Virus record (IMG/VR): IMGVR_UViG_3300042562_002450
Location: 64,001-128,000 of that record
Strand: one strand, 5' to 3'
DNA from: a virus
Length of the DNA: 64,000 bases
In this document: piece by piece, positions 27,881-37,305 of the stretch
Layout of the letters: every line of letters starts with the position of its first letter
How positions within the stretch are numbered: position 1 is the first letter of the stretch
Position numbers and translations under genes: made by a program
Notes under the pieces: model-generated
What the model saw: only the letters and a program-made list of their open reading frames with translations
Told to the model about the DNA's origin: nothing
Database searches by the model: none

Positions 27881-29011
27881 ATGATCCACTTCCTAGGTAA
27901 AGTATTCCTTGAATATACTGAAACCAAACCACAACTTGACCATATGACTGTAAAGCCATCTCAATATATAAGAATTGTAGATAGAGGGCTTGCTAACATT
28001 ATGGATAGTTACTCAATCAATAAGCACATTGCAAACTTTAAAGATGTAGAAGAATGTCTTGAGAAATTCGTAACATTTGATAATTTTATTTCTTTCCTTA
28101 ATGAGAAAGAAAAAGAAGAAAGAGTTATTATTTACTGTGATGAAGTCTCTATGCCAAAACTTCTTTGTAGTCTTTGGAAGAGTATCTTCCCTGGCATAAC
28201 TAAAGAAATTGCATATAGTTTTTATGTCTCATATAAAGACAATGAATACTTCAGAAGAGATGACAGAAATGAGTATATTGAGATAGATATTAATAGTGCT
28301 AAAATAGAAAAGACAGCATTCCTTACTCGTTACTGGGACTTAGATAGAGAACTTTTTTATTCTTATTTTGATAATGCAGAATCTTTTAGTCTTGAGAATA
28401 AAGAAACAGCAATTGGCCTTGAGTTTGCCTTCACCAAGTTATTGCTAGACAATGAAAGATTTAAGCCTGTTTTTTCTGAGAAGTTAGAATATCTATATAA
28501 AAAGAATATCTCTAAAGAAATCATTTTCATGATCTCAACTATAAGAGAACATTGTCTTATTCTTCTAAGAAAAAAAGGAATAATGAATGAGATCATGCTT
28601 AATGACACATCGGTAATCGACTATCTTAAAGGACAGGAAAGATATAATATTCTTTTTGATGGGAACGTTAAGCATGCACCAGAGACCTATGATTATCTTA
28701 GATCTAAAGGAAACATTTTAAAACTTATTTCAGATCTTACATTTGACTGTTCAGTTATCCACAAAGAGATAAATCCAAGTTTTGTTTCTTTTGAAGAATT
28801 TAAACAAGAAAATCCAATTTGTTCATATATTCTTGAACAAAAGAAAGAACCTATTCTTGAAGACTTAATGGATGCTAATATTCTTAAGTTCTCTAATTAT
28901 CATTTCATTAGAAGTTATGTACAAACTGGTATTTTTAATTACTTTCTTCTTCAGTCTATTTGCATTACAAATGAAGCCAACCCTTCAGCACTAGATGCTC
29001 TTAAAGTCTAA
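27881..29011 (+). CDS. Hypothetical protein in the rSAM operon
   Basis: 376 aa ORF; contains RVIIYCDE; no recognised domain. Confidence 0.8.
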   Translation: MIHFLGKVFLEYTETKPQLDHMTVKPSQYIRIVDRGLANIMDSYSINKHIANFKDVEECLEKFVTFDNFISFLNEKEKEERVIIYCDEVSMPKLLCSLWKSIFPGITKEIAYSFYVSYKDNEYFRRDDRNEYIEIDINSAKIEKTAFLTRYWDLDRELFYSYFDNAESFSLENKETAIGLEFAFTKLLLDNERFKPVFSEKLEYLYKKNISKEIIFMISTIREHCLILLRKKGIMNEIMLNDTSVIDYLKGQERYNILFDGNVKHAPETYDYLRSKGNILKLISDLTFDCSVIHKEINPSFVSFEEFKQENPICSYILEQKKEPILEDLMDANILKFSNYHFIRSYVQTGIFNYFLLQSICITNEANPSALDALKV

Positions 29012-29468
29012 TCAGCTACTTAATAGAATCAATAAGGAAGGATTTGTATTTGCAGAATACGATCCTTCTTTAATACAATATCTTCAATCTCATGAAGATA
29101 GAATTCTTATTCTAAAAGAATGGATTAAAGAGATAATAGATATAGAAGGTGAAACTCTGTATGCAGACTGGGAAGCTCTAGATAAAGACCAATCCATCAA
29201 GCTCCATTATCATGTTATCCCTGGATCTTTTCAAGCAGTAACATGGGTTCCTGAAAATAACTTTGAAGGTAGAGAATTCCTATACGGCATAAAGGATGAA
29301 ATCTTAAAGGTAAAGCCCAGACTGGGTCTTATTTGTTTCTTTAAACCAAATGATGAAAACTATATACATGGAGTGGCTCCACTACTTAGCGACACTAAGG
29401 TCTATAGCTATGGCTTTACTAGTTCAGTTTTGGATATTTCTCAAACAGAAAATGATATTTACGTATGA
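28995..29468 (+). CDS. Divergent 2OG-Fe(II) oxygenase-like (DSBH) protein with HxH...H motif
   Basis: LHYH...FQAVTW...EGREF...YIHGV parallels the pattern of the neighbouring oxygenases. Confidence 0.6.
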   Translation: MLLKSNQLLNRINKEGFVFAEYDPSLIQYLQSHEDRILILKEWIKEIIDIEGETLYADWEALDKDQSIKLHYHVIPGSFQAVTWVPENNFEGREFLYGIKDEILKVKPRLGLICFFKPNDENYIHGVAPLLSDTKVYSYGFTSSVLDISQTENDIYV

Positions 29469-30298
29469 ACATAACTGCTAAGCAGGATAACTTCTTGATC
29501 GGCTTTTAGCTTCTCGACTTTATGAACAAATCTTGGATTATAAGTATTTAAGAATAAGACCATTCCATCTTTAATTTCAATTTTAGTTTCTTTAATTATA
29601 TTTCCACTTCTGCAAATACCTTTCTGGTCTAACTCTATTGTTAAGAGATCTCTTTCTCCAATAACTAGTTCTCTTCCTTCTATCTTTTTAGAGTTAGAGA
29701 AGTAATTGAATATCATATAATAGACCCCAGGTGTGTAATCCATATGGAAACTATACGGTCCTCTTGTGTCTAATTCATTTTCTTTATATCTGTACTTCAG
29801 AGCATCTGTAGATATTATTCTCCTATCTAATCTTAATGGTCCAGAATACTTAGGGACATTAAGAACTATATAGTTTAACTCTTCAGCATTTGAATTCAAT
29901 ATACTTAATGGTAGGTTGTCATCTTTAAAAAAGACAATGCTGTTTATCTTTTCTCTTACCTTTTCATGCACATCATAGTGAGCTACAAAGTAGCCATCAT
30001 GTTGCATGTCGCGCCAAAAGTAATCAAAACTATTTTTCTTATTACCAATGAAAGAGATTGGGATAAAGCTTCCAGCTTTATACTCTGATGAGCTATCTTT
30101 ACTATAGATTTCGTCTATATAGTATCCATCCTCTGTGACCTTAATGAATTCAAATTCAAGATTAGGTAGGAATACCATCTCTCCATAAAGATCCGTAAAA
30201 TAGGAATAAAGCCATGACTTTTTAAATTCATCAGGAGTTCCAAACCAGCCCTTACCTTTAGTAAAGAAATTAATAGTTTCTGGTGTCATTAGTCCCAC
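29459..30298 (-). CDS. Divergent 2OG-Fe(II) oxygenase-like protein
   Basis: FHMD...EGRELVIG...NPRFVHKV. Confidence 0.65.
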   Translation of the reverse strand: MGLMTPETINFFTKGKGWFGTPDEFKKSWLYSYFTDLYGEMVFLPNLEFEFIKVTEDGYYIDEIYSKDSSSEYKAGSFIPISFIGNKKNSFDYFWRDMQHDGYFVAHYDVHEKVREKINSIVFFKDDNLPLSILNSNAEELNYIVLNVPKYSGPLRLDRRIISTDALKYRYKENELDTRGPYSFHMDYTPGVYYMIFNYFSNSKKIEGRELVIGERDLLTIELDQKGICRSGNIIKETKIEIKDGMVLFLNTYNPRFVHKVEKLKADQEVILLSSYVHT

Positions 30299-30827
30299 TT
30301 TTTATAAAAAAGTTAACTCTGTATGTATATCTATCTACTGGTGTTGGTAGTACTGCATGTGGATGTGTATAGAAGGTTGGCATAATAATCATTCTTCCGG
30401 CTCTTGGCTTTATAACTAAAGATTGTTTTGGAAAGACAATTTCTCCTCCTTCAATATCTTGGAGGTAAAGCAAGACTATAAAATTTCTCCTTAGTCCACC
30501 TTCAGAGATCTCATTATCGTAATGCATAGTCAAACCAGTGCCAGTCTTTAGTTTTAATAGCATACTATTTTCCAAATAATACTCAGCTTGAACCGTACCT
30601 ATTGATTGGAGATATTTGTCTACTTCCTTCTGGGCTAGTTCTCTAACATTAGAGTCAAAAGCTTTTAAGCTTTGAATCTTATCTAGGTTCATGAACTCAT
30701 GCTGCTCTCCATCGAAATTGATCTCTTTTGTTTTTCTTTGAAGATTTTCTTTCTCTAATGAAAAAATAAACTCTTCACAGGATTCTTTAGATATTAAATT
30801 ATCAATTTGGCGTATGAAGGTTTCCAT
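30270..30827 (-). CDS. 2OG-Fe(II) oxygenase (prolyl-4-hydroxylase-like)
   Basis: MHYD, LLYLQDIEGGEIVFP, IKPRAGRMIIMP, THPHAVLP...R: canonical HxD...H...R. Confidence 0.88.
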   Translation of the reverse strand: METFIRQIDNLISKESCEEFIFSLEKENLQRKTKEINFDGEQHEFMNLDKIQSLKAFDSNVRELAQKEVDKYLQSIGTVQAEYYLENSMLLKLKTGTGLTMHYDNEISEGGLRRNFIVLLYLQDIEGGEIVFPKQSLVIKPRAGRMIIMPTFYTHPHAVLPTPVDRYTYRVNFFIKSGTNDTRNY

Positions 30828-31750
30828 TATCTTTTTAACTTTATTTGATCAACAATAGAATGCATACTTAAGTGAGAAGGAATACTGTACATCTTTCCAG
30901 GCCCATGGAACTCTGAAACCTCATGATAAAAACGCGGATTAAAAACATTAACAAGAACACTGATGTTGGTATCTGCCCATATCTTATTCTCTTCTTTTCT
31001 ATCTGCAACTATATTATTTGTAGCTTCCCAGTCTTCGGTTATTATTGAATGAAACATATAATCATACCAGTCATAACTTCCAGTACATAAATAACGAGAA
31101 CCAGAGTTTTCTGTATTATAACTAACCATATTTACAAACATACGAAAATCAACATCATTATGAGGTAATATACTTCGTCCCTTGTTCCACTCTAAAGCGA
31201 TACAATCAAAGGCATCCATTGAAGACAATATTGGAGAAAAGCTAACTACTCGCTTCAGTTCTTTTTCTACATTCTTGTAAACATCTCGACATGTACTATT
31301 TTGGAAGTTTGGTTTTCCCCAAGCATTAGAATTGAATTTTAAAGTTTTAGATGGCTCTGTAGCTCTTTCACAACCAAGATCACTAAATGGTAGTCTTGGA
31401 AGTTTGTATAGTGTATTTTCAATATATGCTCTTGTATTGTTAGCTATAGCATATCCATGAGTAGATAATGCTGAGCCTATATTGCTAAATTCAATATCTC
31501 CCTTATTAAAGTTAATACCTTCAAAAGTAATATACTGATCTGAAGGATCTCCATACTCTTTGAATACATTCTCAAGTAAACGTACAAAACCTTGCTTTTT
31601 TACAATCTTAATAAAACCAGAGCTAGAGACTACAAGTTTTTTCTTATAAAGCATTTCAAAATATTTACAAAGATCAGACTCGAAGAATTCTTCAATGTTT
31701 CTAATATCAACAATATTGTAATCAAAGAAGTCTTTGGCAATCTTAAGCAT
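30827..31750 (-). CDS. Divergent 2OG-Fe(II) oxygenase-like protein
   Basis: ILPHND...NVFNPRFYHEV; TAATG overlap with the next gene. Confidence 0.65.
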   Translation of the reverse strand: MLKIAKDFFDYNIVDIRNIEEFFESDLCKYFEMLYKKKLVVSSSGFIKIVKKQGFVRLLENVFKEYGDPSDQYITFEGINFNKGDIEFSNIGSALSTHGYAIANNTRAYIENTLYKLPRLPFSDLGCERATEPSKTLKFNSNAWGKPNFQNSTCRDVYKNVEKELKRVVSFSPILSSMDAFDCIALEWNKGRSILPHNDVDFRMFVNMVSYNTENSGSRYLCTGSYDWYDYMFHSIITEDWEATNNIVADRKEENKIWADTNISVLVNVFNPRFYHEVSEFHGPGKMYSIPSHLSMHSIVDQIKLKR

Positions 31751-32327
31751 GTAGCTTCTTTTCTTTTAGATTAATGCTATCTCTCCATTCCCTTGAGTTG
31801 ATGCCAATGCCACCTATGATTACATATAACTCTGAGTCAGAAGTTAGTTCTGTTACTCCATGGTATGTATTCTCAGCAAAAGCATTAATAAAACAGAGGA
31901 GACCAGGTATGGGCCGAACCTTTAAATTGTAATCAGGACTGACAATATGAAGGTCTCGCCCAACAAAGGTATTGTCTTTAGGTATGTAAAGAAGAACCTC
32001 ATATGGATTGATTCTGCCCTTATCAGTATGCAAGGGAAGCCCATCTCCTTTTGTGTACTTATCTATGCCAAATTGGAATGACTGTATATCATTTTTTATT
32101 TGGTCATCTACTGATAACTGGCTAAGTATTAGATCTTTGATCTTAATATCTAAGTCCTTATCTACTTCCATTATCTTGTACTTAATATCTTCACTTGGTT
32201 CTTCATCCCCAGCATATTTAAGAGAATCAAGATAATCTACAAAACCTTCTGGAATCTGTATCTTAGTGAAAACAAAGTCATTCTGAACCAAATCAGTATA
32301 AGTTATATCTTTCTTTTTAAATAGCAT
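31743..32327 (-). CDS. 2OG-Fe(II) oxygenase-like protein
   Basis: LPLHTD, VLLYIP...GRDL, RPIPGLLCF, TYHGV. Confidence 0.75.
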   Translation of the reverse strand: MLFKKKDITYTDLVQNDFVFTKIQIPEGFVDYLDSLKYAGDEEPSEDIKYKIMEVDKDLDIKIKDLILSQLSVDDQIKNDIQSFQFGIDKYTKGDGLPLHTDKGRINPYEVLLYIPKDNTFVGRDLHIVSPDYNLKVRPIPGLLCFINAFAENTYHGVTELTSDSELYVIIGGIGINSREWRDSINLKEKKLHA

Positions 32328-32352
32328 AGGTAGTTTCTTCTTTTGTTCTACA

Positions 32353-32403
32353 ATCTTAACATTAAAAAACTAAATTGCAATTCCAAAAATACCAGATTAT
32401 AAT
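32353..32403. promoter_or_regulatory. Back-to-back promoters sharing a palindromic -35
   Basis: TTGCAA at 32375-32380. Plus strand: N17-TATAAT (32398-32403). Minus strand: N16 with extended -10 TGnTAAGAT. Confidence 0.55.
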
Positions 32404-32409
32404 CACTAA

Positions 32410-32949
32410 ATGATTACCAAACATGGCACGATACTATATGGACATAAAGTCTTTTCTGATACTTTTTGCTGGAAAGCAATTGACTCGATGACTTCTCAAA
32501 ATAAATTAAATAGAGGATATGGAGCAGAATGTTTTGATCTTGATATAACTCAATCCATGATAAGTGAGATAAAGAATGTCTTTACTGAAGCAAGGAAATC
32601 TATTGAGATACCTCCATTAATTATAAGAAATAGAGGAGAGGTTCTCAAGTATACTCCAGGTATGAAGCTAGATACTCATTTTGATATTCCATACTGCAAA
32701 GATGACTTCTATCCATTCGTAACTGTGATTAACTTAAACGAAGGATATGGAGGAGGTCTTTACTTTGACTGTGCTGATTTAGAAATAGAAGGAATGGGAT
32801 CTATCGTAATGACCCCATCTTCTTTTATGTCAACTCACTCAGTAAGAGAAATAACTGGAAAAGATAGATACTCTTTGCTATTGGATATTACATATCCCGA
32901 AATGCTTGAAAAGTGTTCTGGAAAAAAAGAAGATTGGATATTTATCTAG
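32410..32949 (+). CDS. 2OG-Fe(II) oxygenase (prolyl-4-hydroxylase-like)
   Basis: KYTPGMKLDTHFD, INLNEGYGGGLYF, STHSVREITGKDRYSL. Confidence 0.85.
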   Translation: MITKHGTILYGHKVFSDTFCWKAIDSMTSQNKLNRGYGAECFDLDITQSMISEIKNVFTEARKSIEIPPLIIRNRGEVLKYTPGMKLDTHFDIPYCKDDFYPFVTVINLNEGYGGGLYFDCADLEIEGMGSIVMTPSSFMSTHSVREITGKDRYSLLLDITYPEMLEKCSGKKEDWIFI

Positions 32950-33245
32950 TCTTTCTTATTCATAATTCTAGTAACTAATGGAATTAAGTATGGTGATACT
33001 TCTATTCCTAATGCTATGATCTGTTCATTAGAAATGCCTGACATTTCTTTTGAAATATTATTAAGTCCTGAGAATCCATCTTTAACTTTTTTTAAGAAAA
33101 TCTTATCTTGTGTTAGTTTAGAATAAACAGAAATAAGGTCTTCAAGATCAGCTCCATCTTCTAGACGATTAAGAGCAAACTCAACAATAGAAACAAGTGC
33201 AATTATTGCTTCTTTTGTATCTTTAGTTCCAATATCAATACTCAT
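32946..33245 (-). CDS. Small helical hypothetical protein (paralog-like to 33325-33642)
   Basis: 99 aa after GGAG RBS. Confidence 0.7.
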   Translation of the reverse strand: MSIDIGTKDTKEAIIALVSIVEFALNRLEDGADLEDLISVYSKLTQDKIFLKKVKDGFSGLNNISKEMSGISNEQIIALGIEVSPYLIPLVTRIMNKKD

Positions 33246-33259
33246 AAAATCTCCAGAAT

Positions 33260-33286
33260 AAAAAAGGGGAAGCCATAGCCTCCCCT
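33260..33286 (-). terminator. Rho-independent terminator
   Basis: Minus strand AGGGGAGGC-TATG-GCTTCCCCT followed by TTTTT. Confidence 0.8.
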
Positions 33287-33324
33287 CATTATAACATTTA
33301 AATAAGTTTTAGGCTATTAGCCTT

Positions 33325-33642
33325 TTAGCCTTTTACAAGTTTAACAAGCTCTGCAATCCCAACAACTAGATCAAATGATTTCTCAATGATCTCTTCTGTT
33401 CTTTCAGATTTAAGAACAAACTTAGACTTAAGACTAGCAATTAACTCAGCTTTTTGCTCTGGAGTTGCAGAAGCAAGTTCATCTTTCGCAGCTTTAAAAG
33501 CTGAAAGAGCTGGACCGATTTGCATAGCTGGAGCCATGATGTGAGGGATATCCAAGAAGTCAACTTTGTTATCAGCCAAGACTTTGTCTACTGAGTTTGC
33601 AAAAGTAACTGCGAAATTAACGATAGTTTTTAAAGATTCCAT
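33325..33642 (-). CDS. Small helical hypothetical protein
   Basis: 105 aa after AAGGAG RBS. Confidence 0.75.
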   Translation of the reverse strand: MESLKTIVNFAVTFANSVDKVLADNKVDFLDIPHIMAPAMQIGPALSAFKAAKDELASATPEQKAELIASLKSKFVLKSERTEEIIEKSFDLVVGIAELVKLVKG

Positions 33643-33849
33643 AGAATTCTCCTTAATTTTTTTAATCTTAAATTAGATTAAAATAAAACATAGTAATAAT
33701 ACTTTTTATTAAAAAGTAAAGCAAGACACATTTTGTCATACTTTCTAATGAATTAATTTTAGGCAATTTGTATATAGCAAGTATAATCAATGGAAGCTCT
33801 TTTATTGAGCTTCCATCTATTCTATCAACTTATTTTTTTTAAATCAAAT

Positions 33850-35748
33850 CTAACTAAGTTTTGTTATATTAATAATTCTAACTTCAACGACTTCGCCTGC
33901 AAGAAGCTGACCGCCTCCATTAGCAGTAAGAGTAAGAACAGAACCTGCGATAGTATAACCAACTCCACCAATGAGCATTGCTCCATCTCTATTAACTAAA
34001 GCATTCATGTATGTAGCACTAGACAAATCTTGAACAGTTCCTCCTGTAAGCTGATCAACAAAGTCAGCTGTAAGATTTAGTGAAGTTGCGCCAGTTGACA
34101 TAGCTTCATGTAATCCTCTTTTTAAATTTACAAGATTAAGAGCTTCTACTTTTGTGTCGACTTCAACTAAAACATCTTCAAGAGAAACAGCAGTAAAGCG
34201 GTCTCCTGCATCATGAACAGAAATTAGAGATGCACCATTACCAAAAGATGCAGATGATAAATCTGCCTTATGTGCAAGATCTAATGCAAATAAATCAGAA
34301 AGATCTGAAGTATGTTGAGCAAGAGTTGCAGTGTGACTAATGATAGTAGCTTCAGCATTATTTATATCTAGCTCTGCAATATCGATATGTTCTCGTGCTT
34401 CTTTCAAAGCTTCTTCCACAGTTAATGCAAGATACAGATTATTGGTATCATGAATACCAATCAATGATGCGCCATTGTTTGAAGCATACATTGCTTCTTG
34501 TGAATTTTGAGAAGTTAAAATAGCTGAATCACGATCAAGAACTTCTTGTGCAATAGATGTAGCAATTGCTGAATTTCTATTAGTAACTTCTAAGGCAATA
34601 GCATCTGATAAATCTGTAGCTGTATCTGTTTTATTCTTTTCTATATTCCCATCAAGTTTTTGAAGACCAGTCTGAACCGAATCTCCAGAAACGATAGTTT
34701 GACCACCAGGGCCAGCAAGGTAGTCATTTGTAATTACAATACTTGTTGCAGTCTCCCAATCAAGATCTCCAAGTTTAAGTGCAGTTTTTGGAGCTCCATC
34801 TTCAATGTGGTAAATAGCTTGAGTCTCTTTATCTTCAGGAGAACCAAGAAGATCTTTGCCAACAATAAAGGTGTCGCCAGCAGTAACTGCTCGTGAAACT
34901 TTTAAATTTATATCTACTTCTGTTTCATCATAATATTTCTTAGTACCAACAATATCTCTAACAATCATTAGCTTAGGTTCTTCTCCTGCTTTAAGAAAAA
35001 CGATGTTTGAACCAACTGGAATATTTGCCACTGTAGCATAATCAGGACCTTGATCATCTTCGAATAAACGAAGATCTCCAGCTCCATAACTAGAGTCAAG
35101 AAGAGTACTTCCATTTGCAGGGATAGAACCACTAGTAAATTTTGTTATGAAATTGACTTTAGATCTCCACTGAAGTGAAGTTGCAGATGATGAAATTGAA
35201 GAATAGATAGCTGCAACAATAGCATCAAGCTGAGCCTTCTGAACAGCTTGATCTCCATTAATGGCTGCAGGTACATTGTTTAAAAACTTATTATTAACAT
35301 TTACATTTCCAGTTAGAGCTCTTGAGCCATCTAACTTGAAAAGAGTATCTGTATCAGCTATGCGATCTGAAGTCTCAGTAGAAATTGCAAGTGCATTCGC
35401 TGCGATATTATCTTCTAATGGCTTGAGGTCAGCATGCTTCTTGTGTGCATAAAAAGATGAGTTAGCAGCATCATAATAAAGAACAGCTCCATAGCCAGCT
35501 GGGATCACTTTTGAAAATGAACCAATTGAAATTGAAATTGGACTTGTAAGGTGAGCATTAGAAATAACGATTTCTTGTCCATCAATTAAATACTGATGTC
35601 CCAATAATGAAGTTATAGATCCAACTGCTGCATCAGACAAAACAAAAATTGTTGCCTGATCTAATATCAACTGACCCCCAGCAAGAGCTGAGGATAGTAC
35701 TTTAACTTTAGGTTTCGCAACGCTTCTAAAGGTTGTCTGAATTGTCAT
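33850..35748 (-). CDS. Virion fibre/structural protein
   Basis: 632 aa. N-terminus MTIQTTFRSV parallels MTAQTTFKSV of 6064-8913; fibre motifs DGSRALTGN and DAVQKAQLD-like; coiled coil. Confidence 0.7.
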   Translation of the reverse strand: MTIQTTFRSVAKPKVKVLSSALAGGQLILDQATIFVLSDAAVGSITSLLGHQYLIDGQEIVISNAHLTSPISISIGSFSKVIPAGYGAVLYYDAANSSFYAHKKHADLKPLEDNIAANALAISTETSDRIADTDTLFKLDGSRALTGNVNVNNKFLNNVPAAINGDQAVQKAQLDAIVAAIYSSISSSATSLQWRSKVNFITKFTSGSIPANGSTLLDSSYGAGDLRLFEDDQGPDYATVANIPVGSNIVFLKAGEEPKLMIVRDIVGTKKYYDETEVDINLKVSRAVTAGDTFIVGKDLLGSPEDKETQAIYHIEDGAPKTALKLGDLDWETATSIVITNDYLAGPGGQTIVSGDSVQTGLQKLDGNIEKNKTDTATDLSDAIALEVTNRNSAIATSIAQEVLDRDSAILTSQNSQEAMYASNNGASLIGIHDTNNLYLALTVEEALKEAREHIDIAELDINNAEATIISHTATLAQHTSDLSDLFALDLAHKADLSSASFGNGASLISVHDAGDRFTAVSLEDVLVEVDTKVEALNLVNLKRGLHEAMSTGATSLNLTADFVDQLTGGTVQDLSSATYMNALVNRDGAMLIGGVGYTIAGSVLTLTANGGGQLLAGEVVEVRIINITKLS

Positions 35749-35810
35749 TATGTCCTCTCAATTTTATTTTTCTTTTTAAGTATAATCTGTTCTATTTATC
35801 TCGTCTAGCA

Positions 35811-37301
35811 TTATGATCTAGAGACTTCTCTCCAGATTCCATCATCAAATGATAATGTAATGCCACCATAATCATTTGTATTCGTATATGTTGTGCTGCC
35901 TTTCAGCAATACTTTTTGAGTTGCAGTCACATTGTTAAAAAGAATAGTAAATGAGTTTGCAGGTACTTTTTTGTAAAGATGGATTATTTGTCCTTCTCTT
36001 CCTTCAATGAATCCTTTAATCTCTATGTTTCCTGCTGTCGTATCAATCATTATTTTAGATTTTTCTTTGACATTAATTTGCTGACCCAAGCCAACTATTG
36101 AATGTGTTGCATTCTCAATCCCAAAGCTTGCAGGCATATGGGTAGAAGCCCTATCTATCTTACCAAGGACTAATTTATCAGTTAATCCAACATCTCCAAC
36201 CGAAACTGTTGAAAGAGTAATAGATGCTCCATAAGTCCCATTTGAGTAATCTTCTTCTGAGGAAACTGAAAATTCAGCTCCAGTTAGGAAGTCAACTCCA
36301 TCATAGCCCTGGAAGCCTTGATTATAGATCTCATGCTGAAGAGGAATTGGAATAGGTACAACACTTGATCCTAATGCTTTTCTTACTATGCTTTGTATAG
36401 GATTATTATCAGAAAAAAGTTTTTCTTCTATTATTGATTGATTCTCAGAAACAAAGAGAATTCCATCTTTATTAAAAAGATGAGTAGCACTACCTTCAAA
36501 TATTAAGTTTAGATTACCAGACACAGAGCTGATACCAGTAGTCGACAAACTAGAGAAAGTCAAAGATGGAGTAGACAAAGAACCTGCAGGTAGAACCATC
36601 TGGTCTGCAAGCAATGTTAATGCGGAACCACTAAGACTTAACTTCTTAGAACCACTAACTCCAAAATGAAGAACTGAATCTACATTATCTTTAAATAAGC
36701 CCGTGGTTGGTTCGGAACTAAATGAGTAGGCAGGGCTTAATGCAGAGCCATTAATTAATCTTAAATTGCTAAGAAGTTTTGTTTCAGTATCTGAGAATAC
36801 AGCTTTTTCTGTTGCTGCCCCAGTAAGACTTGTGATCTTGAAACCTGACAGATCAGAACCAAGAGCCCATAGTAAATTTGGTGCTGATGAGTTTAATATC
36901 TGAAGCTGTGTGCCATTTGCTGCTTTTAATGTAAGGGCTGAAGTTGTTAAATTGAATGGCTCTAAGCCATTTAATACAATAGAGAGTTGATTGCTTCCAA
37001 GTGATGCAATCCCTGCTGTTCCAATACTAAGAGAAGGAACGGCTAAAGTTCCTGTACCTAAACTTATTTTAGACGATACTAGGTTAAGAATATAACCATT
37101 AGAAAAAGAAGCTGGAATAGAACCTAGGCTATACTGATTATTTGCTACAGGAAGAATATCTCTATCTAAGAATAATAGATCCTCATCTGCATCAGCTATG
37201 GCTTTTAAGTGAGCATCGTTTTCAAATAAACTATTAAAATAGTTAAGATCTACAGGTACCCCATTAATTTTTCGAACTAGACTTAAGTCATTGTATGGCA
37301 T
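35811..37301 (-). CDS. Tail fibre-like protein
   Basis: Repeated GSxxxPxxSFxxxxxTG units typical of phage fibre shafts. Confidence 0.65.
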   Translation of the reverse strand: MPYNDLSLVRKINGVPVDLNYFNSLFENDAHLKAIADADEDLLFLDRDILPVANNQYSLGSIPASFSNGYILNLVSSKISLGTGTLAVPSLSIGTAGIASLGSNQLSIVLNGLEPFNLTTSALTLKAANGTQLQILNSSAPNLLWALGSDLSGFKITSLTGAATEKAVFSDTETKLLSNLRLINGSALSPAYSFSSEPTTGLFKDNVDSVLHFGVSGSKKLSLSGSALTLLADQMVLPAGSLSTPSLTFSSLSTTGISSVSGNLNLIFEGSATHLFNKDGILFVSENQSIIEEKLFSDNNPIQSIVRKALGSSVVPIPIPLQHEIYNQGFQGYDGVDFLTGAEFSVSSEEDYSNGTYGASITLSTVSVGDVGLTDKLVLGKIDRASTHMPASFGIENATHSIVGLGQQINVKEKSKIMIDTTAGNIEIKGFIEGREGQIIHLYKKVPANSFTILFNNVTATQKVLLKGSTTYTNTNDYGGITLSFDDGIWREVSRS

Positions 37302-37305
37302 GATC

